Virus record (IMG/VR): IMGVR_UViG_3300028591_000121
Span: 1 to 64,000 of that record
Reading direction: 5' to 3' (one strand)
Origin: a virus
Taxonomy: Duplodnaviria > Caudoviricetes
DNA length: 64,000 nucleotides
In this document: positions 24,929 through 33,602 of the stretch, one piece after another
Numbering within the stretch: position 1 is the first letter of the stretch
Layout of the letters: each line of letters starts with the position of its first letter
Translations under genes and position numbers: made by a program
The notes under the pieces: generated by a model
The model's database searches: none
The model's input: only the letters and a program-made list of their open reading frames with translations
What the model was told of the DNA's origin: nothing

Positions 24929-26179
24929 TTACAGAATGATCGGATACACACACTTCCTGCCGTATCCTTTCTCGATAACCATTGCCACTGCACCGGGCTG
25001 TCCACCCAATTCTTTACTCTGAGCATAGCAGTCAACTCCGCATAAAGAAGGAACACGAACAATATAGCTCCTGCCATCCTTCGTCATACCTGACTGCATC
25101 GTCACTTCATTGTGCAGATGTCCGCAAACAAAGAAGTCTATCGGCGTTCCATATAGATTAACAGTATCTCTTGCGATATCTGAAATAGTCTTATATGAAG
25201 CTCCATCACCGTGGAGCAGTAAAAAGTTATAACCTTGAACCTTTGCCAATACTCGTCTATTCGTATTCGGATTAATAATAATGTTCGGGTGAACCTTCAG
25301 CCGTTCCTGAAGATACCACATAATAATCCGCTCCATGTTTTCTTCCTCAAACTGTCTTGCTTTTGATCCAAGCGGACGAATCTCTGAGTGGTTGCCGGTA
25401 CACGCATGTACCTTCACAACACTCACATAACTCGACAGCCTTGTAAGCCAGACAGCAAGATACTCGCTAAGGTGAATCGTAGAATCAACAATCCCGTACT
25501 TCAATCTCATAAGCTGAGAATCTCTTAACATTCCGTCAATCAGATCCCCAACCAACATAACCTCAACGGTATTAATCTTTTCTTTCTCGATAATCTCCTC
25601 AAGCTGTACCAAAAGATTTCCCATCCGCTGTTCAAACGTTGCGGGATTATAGAGATTCAAGCAATCTCCATCCAATCCGCAGACAGTAAACTCAGAACCG
25701 TAATGAAAATCACCAAGAGCCACGACAAGAGAACGACTCTCTTCATCTACTGGACTCCACGGAATTATCCTCTCAACATTGATCGGCTTTAAATTCTTAA
25801 TCGCTTCAGCAACTACTTCCTGTAAAGATTGGCTTCTAGATTCGGCACGAAGTTCCGCACGAATCTCTGTACGGAGATCACGAATCTTCTGCCGTTCTAT
25901 AAAACCATTTGTGTCTGCTTCTGGGATTGTTGCTGCAACTCCATCCTTGGATTTAACCACTTCTTCTGAGGACGAATCCCTGAACTTCAGTACACCAGCC
26001 TCGTCAGCTAATGCAATGCCAACGCCGGCTTTTCGTAAGGTGTCTGGACTCATCTGGAGTCCATAATTATTTACAATCTCCGACCAGTCATAATCGGAGA
26101 CACCTGACTTCTTATTCTATATATCGGAGACAAGCTGTCTCTTACCTTCTTTATCCAACACATCGAAGTTTGCTTCCAA
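24929..26179 (-). CDS. Calcineurin-like metallophosphoesterase, 1 in-frame TAG near the N-terminus
   Basis: Motifs GDFHYG, VGDLIDG, TGNHS, LHGD, GHLH; TTG start at 26179 with GAAGGA RBS; TAG at 26117-26119. Confidence 0.85.
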
Positions 26180-26196
26180 TATTCCTTCACACCCTT

Positions 26197-26460
26197 TTAA
26201 TCCACCGTGTAATACTTCTTGTAAAGACAACCTTTCGGATGATCGTCGTTACTTCTTCTCCATGCCCGTCTCGCACACTTTTTGTAAAAGCTCTTCGTGT
26301 CGCTATAGTCGAGCCATTGGATGTGGTTCACCCGCTCCTCGTTATAATAGAAGTTCCTGTTATACCAACCGGGATACTGGGCGATCTATTTGCGTCTTTT
26401 GTCCTTCAGGTACTTTTGTCTACGTCTATACGCTCTGCTTCTGCCAGCCTGTTCAAACAT
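26197..26460 (-). CDS. Small basic hypothetical protein (87 aa), 1 in-frame TAG
   Basis: MFEQAGRSRAYRRRQKYLKDKRRK*IAQYPGW...YTVD-TAA with GGGGG RBS. Confidence 0.55.
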
Positions 26461-26489
26461 ATCAAAGCCCCCTTTAATTCGCAACGTAA

Positions 26490-26560
26490 CTGGGGATGTA
26501 GGTACTGCCCCTACTTATTCTGGTTCAAAGCCAGACTCCTTGCTTCTAGGACAATCCCCA
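26490..26560 (-). tRNA. tRNA-Gln(TTG) with a non-canonical T loop
   Basis: Acceptor TGGGGAT/ATCCCCA; anticodon arm TCTGG-CTTTGAA-CCAGA; T arm GTAGG-GGCAGTA-CCTAC. Confidence 0.8.
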
Positions 26561-26670
26561 TTATTCTGTGGCTGTTTTACTTCGCCACAGCGAAGGTTAT
26601 TCAACTACCGTAAACAACTTTAAAGAGCGTCCCTAGAGTCCTTACTATCTCTGGCTATTACAGGATTGAG

Positions 26671-26743
26671 CGGTCTCTCCCAGGCTTGGACTGGGGACCC
26701 TTCGATTAACAGTCGAAAGCTCTACCAACTGAGCTAAGAGACC
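26671..26743 (-). tRNA. tRNA-Asn(GTT)
   Basis: Acceptor GGTCTCT/AGAGACC; D arm GCTCAGTTGGTAGAGC; anticodon arm TTCGA-CTGTTAA-TCGAA. Confidence 0.92.
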
Positions 26744-26864
26744 AAAACAGACCAAGCCTTCTCCCAACAGTCTGCCGTGAGCCACACCTTCCGTTATTTA
26801 GCCACGGACTACGGCTTTAACAAGATGGCTCGTCCCTAATATGTATTTAAAAATAAATCAGGAG

Positions 26865-26952
26865 TAGATCAGCCTGGAGTCGAACCAGGATTATACCTTG
26901 CGAGGGCCTGCGGCTTATAAGACCGTGGCTATCACCATTTAGCTACTGATCC
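26865..26952 (-). tRNA. tRNA with TAT anticodon (Ile-UAU) and a ~20-nt variable arm
   Basis: Acceptor GGATCAG/CTGATCT; anticodon arm CGGT-CTTATAA-GCCG; variable region containing a CCT-CGCA-AGG hairpin; T arm CCTGG-TTCGACT-CCAGG. Confidence 0.8.
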
Positions 26953-26969
26953 ATAACCGCAACCAAAAG

Positions 26970-27258
26970 TGTCCGAAGTGGGACTTGAACCCACATGCCT
27001 TACGGCGACAGATTTTCTTACTACTCTATATTACTATAGCCGTACACATTGTACGTTGTAGTCTGGACTATGTCTTCTCCTTATCATCTGACTTAGGAGA
27101 CCCCTGTATAGTCTCTACACATTTAGGAATTTATTTCCACTTAGCTCGACGTTATCCCGTAAGGACTTTCGCCGAATTAGGGGGTATCCGTTAAAGCCTT
27201 TCGTTCTTTAACGCTCAATTCAAAAGTCTGTTGCGTGTGCCGATTTCGCCATTCGGAC
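26970..27258 (-). tRNA. trnL: tRNA-Leu(TAA) interrupted by a group I intron
   Basis: Exon 1 27258-27224 (GTCCGAATGGCGAAATCGGCACACGCAACAGACTT); exon 2 27016-26970 (AAAATCTGTCGCCGTAAGGCATGTGGGTTCAAGTCCCACTTCGGACA); spliced loop CT-TAA-AA. Confidence 0.9.
27017..27223 (-). mobile_element. Group I intron (207 nt, no ORF) in the tRNA-Leu(UAA) anticodon
   Basis: Inserted after U34; ends in G; core-like motifs GTAGAGACTA and GAAGACATAGTCC (P7-like). Confidence 0.85.
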
Positions 27259-27314
27259 ATATAAACCAAGAGGAAGCCGCAGTTTCCCACGGCGTTCCTT
27301 TTGGAGAGGATTAC

Positions 27315-28763
27315 TTAATATCCGAAAGGCAAGGTAACCTGAGCGTACCGTTCCGAATACAGAGCCTTCTTCATAAACTCATACGGATTGGTGTTATTCT
27401 CGATCACCATCTGGAATACAGTCGGACTGCTTCCGCTGACAAGAACTGCTCCCGTGTCATCCATCTTTACCGGGTTCGTATCCGTAATAGAAGATACCTT
27501 CCAGAACACGACTGTCGGCAGCTTGTAGCCGTTCAGTTCAAACATCTCTTTCGCATGTTCGAAGATCGTGCTGTCTGGTCTGCCGCAAGCCATGTCAAAT
27601 TCCATATCAGAAATAATGTACAGAGTCTTCGGCAGTTCTTCCTGCGGGACATTGTTCTTGATCGCAGTCTTGAGAAGAAGATCAAATACCTTCACGAGGT
27701 CGGTGTTTGTCCAGTCATCGTACCTCATACAATAATCAACCTTACCGACAATATCCTGATTCGGAATCTTAACCATCTTCGGATTCGCAGAGAAAGTCAT
27801 GAAGTAATTATGGAAAGCTCCTGTGTTCCGTTCCGCAAAATAAATTGCAAGACTCGTCGCAATCTCCAGCGGAGTTCCGTACATAGAACCTGATCCATCC
27901 CTGACAACCAGAGCGTTCTCTCCGTTCGTGTAATCAGGAAGATTCTTCCACATTACATCAAGAGCCTTCGCATCGCTGGGATTGCCCGCATTCTCCGCCT
28001 GATGAACAATCTGATACGGAGTCAGAGTCTTTGTGTTGATCTTCTGCTCTCCCTTTTCGACACTGTCAAGATACTTGCAGTACCGATCATAGTCGTTCCG
28101 CAGAAAAGCTCTCTTGTACTTCATCATCGCCTGAGAAGGAAGCTTCGAATAATCGAAGGTGTAATCCCTCATGCGGAGATAGTTCTCAAGAAGGTTTGCA
28201 CCCTTTCTTGATAAGGTCAGGAACTGACGATACTGCTTCTGGTTAAGACCCCAAAGAGATGCGATCCTCTTTGCTCTCGCAATCGTAACCGGGGACGAAG
28301 CATTAATTGAGGGCAGCCACTTTGCACAGAGCTTTGCGTCTCCCTTATCGAAGACCATAACGTTGTGCAGGAATCCCGCCACATCGTCATCCATTCCACC
28401 GCCAGTCATCATCTCCAGCATATCATCGAATCTTCCGTAGATCGGAATCAGCGGAAGGATATGTCTGGCAAGGGTCGAGTCGGTCTCTGCGATATGAGAG
28501 ATAATTACCCGGAAGACTCTGCGTTCTCCAAGTCCGCCCCGCACATCCCTGGCGTAAAAGAGAAGTTTAAGAGCAGTCAGTTTATCTTCTGCCCAGGCTT
28601 TCTCCCAAGCCCTAACAATATCCACGTCATCCCATTTCCGCATAATCCCAATCTCAGAAAACAGATCAAGACAATCGGATTGAGTTGTGGAATAAGCGAC
28701 AGCCCCGTTCGCAGTCCTAGACTTCGAGGCTTCAGTTACGAGGTTATTCAGATAACTCGCCAT
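27315..28763 (-). CDS. DUF2828-family protein (TROVE/Ro60-like helical domain plus vWA), no TAG
   Basis: Motifs T.NGA.AYSTT...CLDLF, RDVRGGLGERR, YGRFDD, CAKWLPS, DGSGSM (MIDAS), ISDMEFD. Confidence 0.85.
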   Translation of the reverse strand: MASYLNNLVTEASKSRTANGAVAYSTTQSDCLDLFSEIGIMRKWDDVDIVRAWEKAWAEDKLTALKLLFYARDVRGGLGERRVFRVIISHIAETDSTLARHILPLIPIYGRFDDMLEMMTGGGMDDDVAGFLHNVMVFDKGDAKLCAKWLPSINASSPVTIARAKRIASLWGLNQKQYRQFLTLSRKGANLLENYLRMRDYTFDYSKLPSQAMMKYKRAFLRNDYDRYCKYLDSVEKGEQKINTKTLTPYQIVHQAENAGNPSDAKALDVMWKNLPDYTNGENALVVRDGSGSMYGTPLEIATSLAIYFAERNTGAFHNYFMTFSANPKMVKIPNQDIVGKVDYCMRYDDWTNTDLVKVFDLLLKTAIKNNVPQEELPKTLYIISDMEFDMACGRPDSTIFEHAKEMFELNGYKLPTVVFWKVSSITDTNPVKMDDTGAVLVSGSSPTVFQMVIENNTNPYEFMKKALYSERYAQVTLPFGY

Positions 28764-28818
28764 ACCTTTTTCCTTTCTCGACCCAGCGGTCAGTCCTTTA
28801 TACCTTTACAATAAATCC

Positions 28819-29145
28819 ACGGCACGAAATAAATAGATTAACAGTCTATTGCAAAAGCGAGTTGCTGTGTGTGCCGTACAATTAAACTCGGTACTTAAAT
28901 TGATAGATTAAAAGTCTATTGCTTGAAGCTTGTTTGCTGTACGTACCGAATAAAAAACTTGTATTAAATACACGCTAAAAAGTCACGGCGTAGAAAAAAT
29001 AAAATACAATGGCACAGAGGTAAAAGATCTGTTATTATAAATTTATGTAATGGTTTGCAGTATACGCCGTTCGATAAATGTCAAGGCACTTATATAATAT
29101 TTTCTAATTGCACAGAAATCATATATCGGTTGCTGTTAGTGCCTT
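28819..29145 (-). ncRNA. Array of four small hairpin RNA-like repeats (closing stem + AC(A/T)GCAA + internal stem-loop)
   Basis: Units 28819-28877, 28888-28949, 28985-29070 and 29083-29145; the 7-8-bp closing stems differ in sequence but each pairs perfectly; the AC(A/T)GCAA motif follows the 5' strand in all four. Confidence 0.75.
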
Positions 29146-29149
29146 ATAG

Positions 29150-29224
29150 TACGGGTGGTGGGATTTGAACCCACAAAAGACAAACATTTAGAGTGTTCCG
29201 CATAGGCCGTTCTGCTACACCCGC
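29150..29224 (-). tRNA. Amber suppressor tRNA (anticodon CTA) with a tRNA-Leu-type body
   Basis: GCGGGTG-TA-GCAGAACGGCCTATGC-G-GAACA-CTCTAAA-TGTTT-GTCTTTT-GTGGG-TTCAAAT-CCCAC-CACCCGT-A; anticodon at 29189-29191. Confidence 0.92.
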
Positions 29225-29243
29225 TAGACCCAGAGTAAGGGTC

Positions 29244-29951
29244 TTAAATTCTCTTTACAAACTCCGGGTTGATATCATGGAAGGTACAGTCCGCATAACA
29301 CACAGTACCGTCCTTCCTGATTCCGATCAGAACATAGTCCATGTCGTAAAGCTCGTCTCCGTTCGGGAGAACCTTAACCTGATACTGCGGAAGCTTTTCC
29401 AGTACGAGAGAATACTTAACCCCGTGGAAACTGAACTCTCCATCTGTGTTGACATAACACCTGTGGGTGTCTGCGACACTGTTCTCGTTCTTCCAGATCT
29501 CGAACTTGGTGAAGCGGTCAACCTTCTTTTGCTTTGGCTTCTTCTTCGTCTTGACTGGTTCTGCCCCTATTGTGTTTCTGAATGTGTCGGTATCGGCTGC
29601 AACCTGAGCGTTTCCGCTTGGACTGACTCTTCCGTACACAACATCTTCAACATAGGTGGGACACGATGACATAGGAATTTCTCTGCTACCCCGCATCTTA
29701 TCCTTGTAGTCTGTCTCTATGCCCTCTGAAGCTGCTTCTGGAAGCATAACCATAGCAATGGAGTCGAGAAATGTTTTGACCTTAGCTCCCGGACTATACG
29801 GACTCCCGTCCTCATTGATCCAGTTTCTGTTACAGTAATCTCCCCATTCTTCGAGGAGTTCCTGACAGATCTTCTTTCGCTCTTCCTCGTCGTGGATTGT
29901 TATTCTTTGAACCTTCCCGTCAGGAAGATGAATGTGATAGCCTTTAGCCAT
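29244..29951 (-). CDS. Hypothetical protein (235 aa)
   Basis: Intact ORF with GGAGGG RBS, immediately upstream of the suppressor tRNA. Confidence 0.75.
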   Translation of the reverse strand: MAKGYHIHLPDGKVQRITIHDEEERKKICQELLEEWGDYCNRNWINEDGSPYSPGAKVKTFLDSIAMVMLPEAASEGIETDYKDKMRGSREIPMSSCPTYVEDVVYGRVSPSGNAQVAADTDTFRNTIGAEPVKTKKKPKQKKVDRFTKFEIWKNENSVADTHRCYVNTDGEFSFHGVKYSLVLEKLPQYQVKVLPNGDELYDMDYVLIGIRKDGTVCYADCTFHDINPEFVKRI

Positions 29952-29996
29952 TAGTTTCTCCCTCCCTCTATTATGATCAAATAAGTTGTCACTTTT

Positions 29997-30407
29997 TTAG
30001 GCACAGGGAGAACCTGGGCTGTATACTTCTTCCCAACGTTTATTATTGGCTTCTACGATCTTGGCAACCGCTCTGTCCTAATACGAGGAAACAGTAGCGA
30101 CTGCAATCTGATATCTTTCCGCCACATCACTCATCCCATACCCGTCCATCTACATGTCTACTGTCTGCCGTTCTGACTGTGAAAGTCCGCACGTCTCAAT
30201 CTAGTTATCCAGATCAATAAACGTACACATTCTTTCCGTATCCATAATTGAAGTTCCCGCAGATTCGATAATCCCAAAAGGGGAACTCAACTAGTCGTAC
30301 TGGCGATCCTACTCGCTCCGCTGGATAATAAGTCCTGCAACGATTCGGGGTTCACTCAGCGGTACATAACCCCAGTTGTCAACAATCGTGTCATTCTTTC
30401 TTGCCAT
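29997..30407 (-). CDS. Sigma-70 region-4/HTH regulator (136 aa), 5 in-frame TAG (absent from the ORF track)
   Basis: MARKNDT...RSE*DRQYD*LS...IDLDN*IETCGLSQSERQTVDM*MDGYGMSDVAERYQIAVATVSSY*DRAVAKI...-TAA; HTH pattern. Confidence 0.8.
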
Positions 30408-30684
30408 CAGCACCGTCTCCCTTTTTTGTCTTGGGAGACTTCTTCAGCCTGTCGAGTTCTGCGTCAGCGTCATCCAGAGCAGCTTGCAAACATGCGACCT
30501 CTTCCTCTGATTTCGCAAGTCTGCCAAGGCATCCGACAATATTATCCAGGTTATTCAGCAGGAGATTCTTCAGTGTCTCCTTCGCCTGGGCTACGCCGGA
30601 CTTCCTGCGAAGCGCATTCTCATATTTCAACTGAGCATCTTTCAGTTCAGTCTCAAGCTTCTTCATATCGACAATCGTCATCAT
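30391..30684 (-). CDS. Small coiled-coil hypothetical protein
   Basis: Intact ORF within the operon. Confidence 0.65.
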   Translation of the reverse strand: MMTIVDMKKLETELKDAQLKYENALRRKSGVAQAKETLKNLLLNNLDNIVGCLGRLAKSEEEVACLQAALDDADAELDRLKKSPKTKKGDGADGKKE

Positions 30685-30688
30685 CTAT

Positions 30689-31126
30689 TTATTCCCCCGT
30701 CTCCGTAATCCCGTTCAATTTATTGTAGGTATCCTTGTCTACCGCAAAGGTCGTATTATAACGACTGATCGGAGCATTCAGGCTCTTCATAATCGATTTA
30801 ATCTTGCGGAAGATAACTGCTGCATTGCTGTCTCCGTAAAGCTCCACGTCATAGGTCTGTCCGAAACGGAGTTTCCTCAGTGCAGCAAGCTTGGCATAAT
30901 CTTTTCCGTTCCGCTGTTCAGTAAGGATTGCAACTCCGAAGAAGAAAGCATCATCCTGCCCAAGCTCCGGCTTTACAACTACGGAAATAGATTCGCCCTT
31001 CTCAAGTCTGTTAATTAAATTAACTAGTTCCGTATAAGAAACAATCTGAATCCGTTCCTCAAAAGGTCGGGTATCGATTGGTTCGTTATCGATCACTTCG
31101 TTATTCTTTTCAATTTCTGCGCTCAT
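30689..31126 (-). CDS. Hypothetical protein (start MSAEIEK)
   Basis: AGGAG RBS before ATG at 31126. Confidence 0.65.
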   Translation of the reverse strand: MSAEIEKNNEVIDNEPIDTRPFEERIQIVSYTELVNLINRLEKGESISVVVKPELGQDDAFFFGVAILTEQRNGKDYAKLAALRKLRFGQTYDVELYGDSNAAVIFRKIKSIMKSLNAPISRYNTTFAVDKDTYNKLNGITETGE

Positions 31127-31148
31127 TTTCTGTATCTCCTGTTTAAAT

Positions 31149-32327
31149 TTATACCGCTTCCCCGATAAAGGTATCAGTTTCGATACCGACGTAATTACCC
31201 TTCTTGTCAAAGCACGTCCACTTGCCGTCAAAGAAGAATCTGTACGTCTGCGTATCAAAGCTGTAGCCCGGGTCAAACACATAGTTCGGACTCTTTCTGC
31301 ACTCGTCGATATATCTCCGAAGGTCACAGTTCGGATTCTCACGAACAGGCTTCAACTCTGCGACCCATCCAAGCTTCTCACGCTCTCCATCCCTTGGACT
31401 TATCGTCGGAACAGGAACAAGCTTGTAAAGCCACTCTTCGGTAATAGGATCTTCCCTATTCCCAATGAACTTTCCGTCAGAGTCGAATCTCTGAGTTCCC
31501 CATTCAGATACAGGACTCGTGACCAGGAACTCCCCGTTCTTATCCTGAACGTAAGAAGCCAACTCTCCTGTCCTCTCGAACCCGTTCATAACAAAGTGGT
31601 TCAGTTCCGTATTTGTTCTGACAATCTCGCAGTACCTAGTCGAACCAGCTGAAGTCCTCTCCTGGGTAAGCAACTGATCGTATCCCATATCCATCAAAGC
31701 CTTTCTCGTAATCCGACTTATCTCTGAGTCAGAGGGACAGCTAACAGATTCCCTGTCTGTCTCTTCAGGAGCTTCTTCGATCTCCGGGCGATACTCAAGA
31801 TCCCAGAACTCACAGAGTTCCTTCGGAGTCAGCTTATTAATCGCTTCGAAGATATCCTTCTCTGACTCGCTCAGGTTATCCGTCTTCAGATACCCAGGCA
31901 CGAACATATTCCGTTCGCCTATAGTCTTCTGAGCTATCGCCGGTTCTTCTCCCTGATAGTGGACTTTATTCTTAGCGGAATACAGTCCTGCTTCTCTTAC
32001 AGGCAGCGAGTCCAGAATATACAGAGTCTCAAAGTCTACCGTAATACGATTAGCGGATTTGTCCCAGAAGATCAGACCGTAATCGTCGAGATTCTTCCTG
32101 GCTCTCCTGAAGGAGTCCCTACTCATCCGCATAGACTTTTCGATATAGACCTCAGAAGGTCTGAACCCTTCATCCAGTTCTGTATAGAAAAGAAACAGCG
32201 AGACAGCCTGAGCCTTGTTAGGCATCCTTCTCTTCTCCACAAGACTCTCAATCAGTTCGATCCGCTCTTCTTCAGAAGGACGGAATCCAACGAAGTGGAG
32301 CTTCGGGGGTACTACGGATTTTCCCAA
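31149..32327 (-). CDS. Hypothetical protein with an N-terminal winged-HTH-like segment (possible replication/DNA-binding protein)
   Basis: FRPSEVYIEKSMRMSRDSFRRARKNLDDYGLI pattern; AAAGGAG RBS; adjacent to iteron-like repeats. Confidence 0.6.
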   Translation of the reverse strand: MGKSVVPPKLHFVGFRPSEEERIELIESLVEKRRMPNKAQAVSLFLFYTELDEGFRPSEVYIEKSMRMSRDSFRRARKNLDDYGLIFWDKSANRITVDFETLYILDSLPVREAGLYSAKNKVHYQGEEPAIAQKTIGERNMFVPGYLKTDNLSESEKDIFEAINKLTPKELCEFWDLEYRPEIEEAPEETDRESVSCPSDSEISRITRKALMDMGYDQLLTQERTSAGSTRYCEIVRTNTELNHFVMNGFERTGELASYVQDKNGEFLVTSPVSEWGTQRFDSDGKFIGNREDPITEEWLYKLVPVPTISPRDGEREKLGWVAELKPVRENPNCDLRRYIDECRKSPNYVFDPGYSFDTQTYRFFFDGKWTCFDKKGNYVGIETDTFIGEAV

Positions 32328-32426
32328 GAAGATAACTCCTTTCCGTATACAGATTACAGATATTCTGGAAAAGATAACCGGGAGATTACGAGAATCCGAA
32401 GGCTAGTTTTTCTCCGGGTCTCACTA

Positions 32427-32480
32427 TATATAACGCTCCCTTTTTTTGACGATATTAACCTGAGCCTAGAAAAAATTTTC
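32427..32480 (-). promoter_or_regulatory. Putative phage-specific promoter, copy 1
   Basis: AAAATTTT..AGGTTAATATC..AAAAAGGGAGCGTTATATA; near-identical to 49681-49729 on the plus strand. Confidence 0.6.
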
Positions 32481-32490
32481 AGTATTAAGC

Positions 32491-32923
32491 AGTTAGTCAT
32501 GTCTAACATTTCTGCACCCTATATAACTAATAAGTACGGCGTTTATTTTCTCAGACCCTGTATCGAGTTAGTCATAACTAATAAAGTTGCACCCCATATA
32601 TATAATACCCGGCTCGAATTCTCTCCGCCGGGTAGATCGAACTCTTACTCAGACCCGTATAAAAGTACTCAGATATAGTTAGATATGTCTAACAAAGTTG
32701 CACCCTATAATATATAGGGGACTCACGATTTTACTCCTGACTCTGGAACGAGGGGCGAGTTAAGAGTGAGTCCCCGCCTGATAAAAGTTACGTCTAGGTA
32801 TAATTACTCTGTGTATCTTTTATTTAACCCGCATAAGAATTATTTCTCTTTCCGCATAGAAAAATATTATGTATAGTAGTTAGATATAACTAACAATGTT
32901 GCACCCCATAATATATAAGGGGG
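32491..32923. repeat. Four dispersed ~35-bp direct repeats with a palindromic core (iteron/operator-like)
   Basis: AGTTAG-N6-CTAA(C/T)A-N4-TGCACCC at 32491, 32566, 32677 and 32878. Confidence 0.75.
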
Positions 32924-33602
32924 ACGAACAATTTTTACTAAAGCTCCGAAACAGGCAACGTTTGACGGAATTGTGAGTCCCCCGTCAATAGCTAGGTTTC
33001 GTTGACGAGAGACGTATCTTGAGAAGTACTTCGTATACGGATATTTTTTCTCAGAGAATATATTCCGCATAGATAAAATAATTTAAGATGCGTGGAGATA
33101 TTAATACAGCCTAGTAGGTCTTTAATAACCTAGTAGGCTGTTTTATTCGTTTACGCAGCTTTTAATATATAACGTATTATATAATATATATTAATATATA
33201 GTTATAGAGATGAGTGTACTAGGTAGATAGTACACCTCTATTTTTAGGTCAATTTTTAGAAGGATATTATATCGGGAGTCGATATAGAGATCCCAGCGTT
33301 AAAGACCTGGGTTCAGGGACGTAGGGTGTATGTTTTTCTATTCTGCGGAATTTAAGTCTTCAATCTAAATATAATAATTATAAACAGAATGTAAACAGAA
33401 GTTATCCACAGGGTTATAGGTATAGATTTATAGGTTTCAAAATTGGGAGAGGTGTTGGAATAGAACAGCCTGGGCCGATCCGCACGAAGAAATCTTTTAG
33501 GAACGTAAAAAGATATTTTGTTCCATTTGTGTCATACTATAGTTGCGGAAGGGCAAAGCCCTTCTAGCTAATGGCTTGCAACCTACTGCAAGAGGTACAC
33601 AC

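Noticed and set aside
1-26179. Degraded prophage with pseudogenised structural genes
   Set aside because: The interruptions I checked are all TAG, with no frameshifts or internal TAA/TGA, and a cognate suppressor tRNA is present
28819-29145. CRISPR mini-array or true tRNA genes
   Set aside because: The units conserve structure rather than sequence and lack D and T arms
1-30407. TAG->Gln (table 15), the usual phage amber recoding
   Set aside because: Gln would fall in hydrophobic-core and transmembrane positions (GIVA*IAGF, NVYIY*FS, IPA*LKKGH), and the CUA tRNA has Leu rather than Gln identity features
104-32678. Numerous plus-strand ORFs in the left arm (e.g. 837-1364, 13471-14103, 17333-18166, 18819-19655)
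   Set aside because: Antisense shadows of the true minus-strand genes; no recognisable motifs
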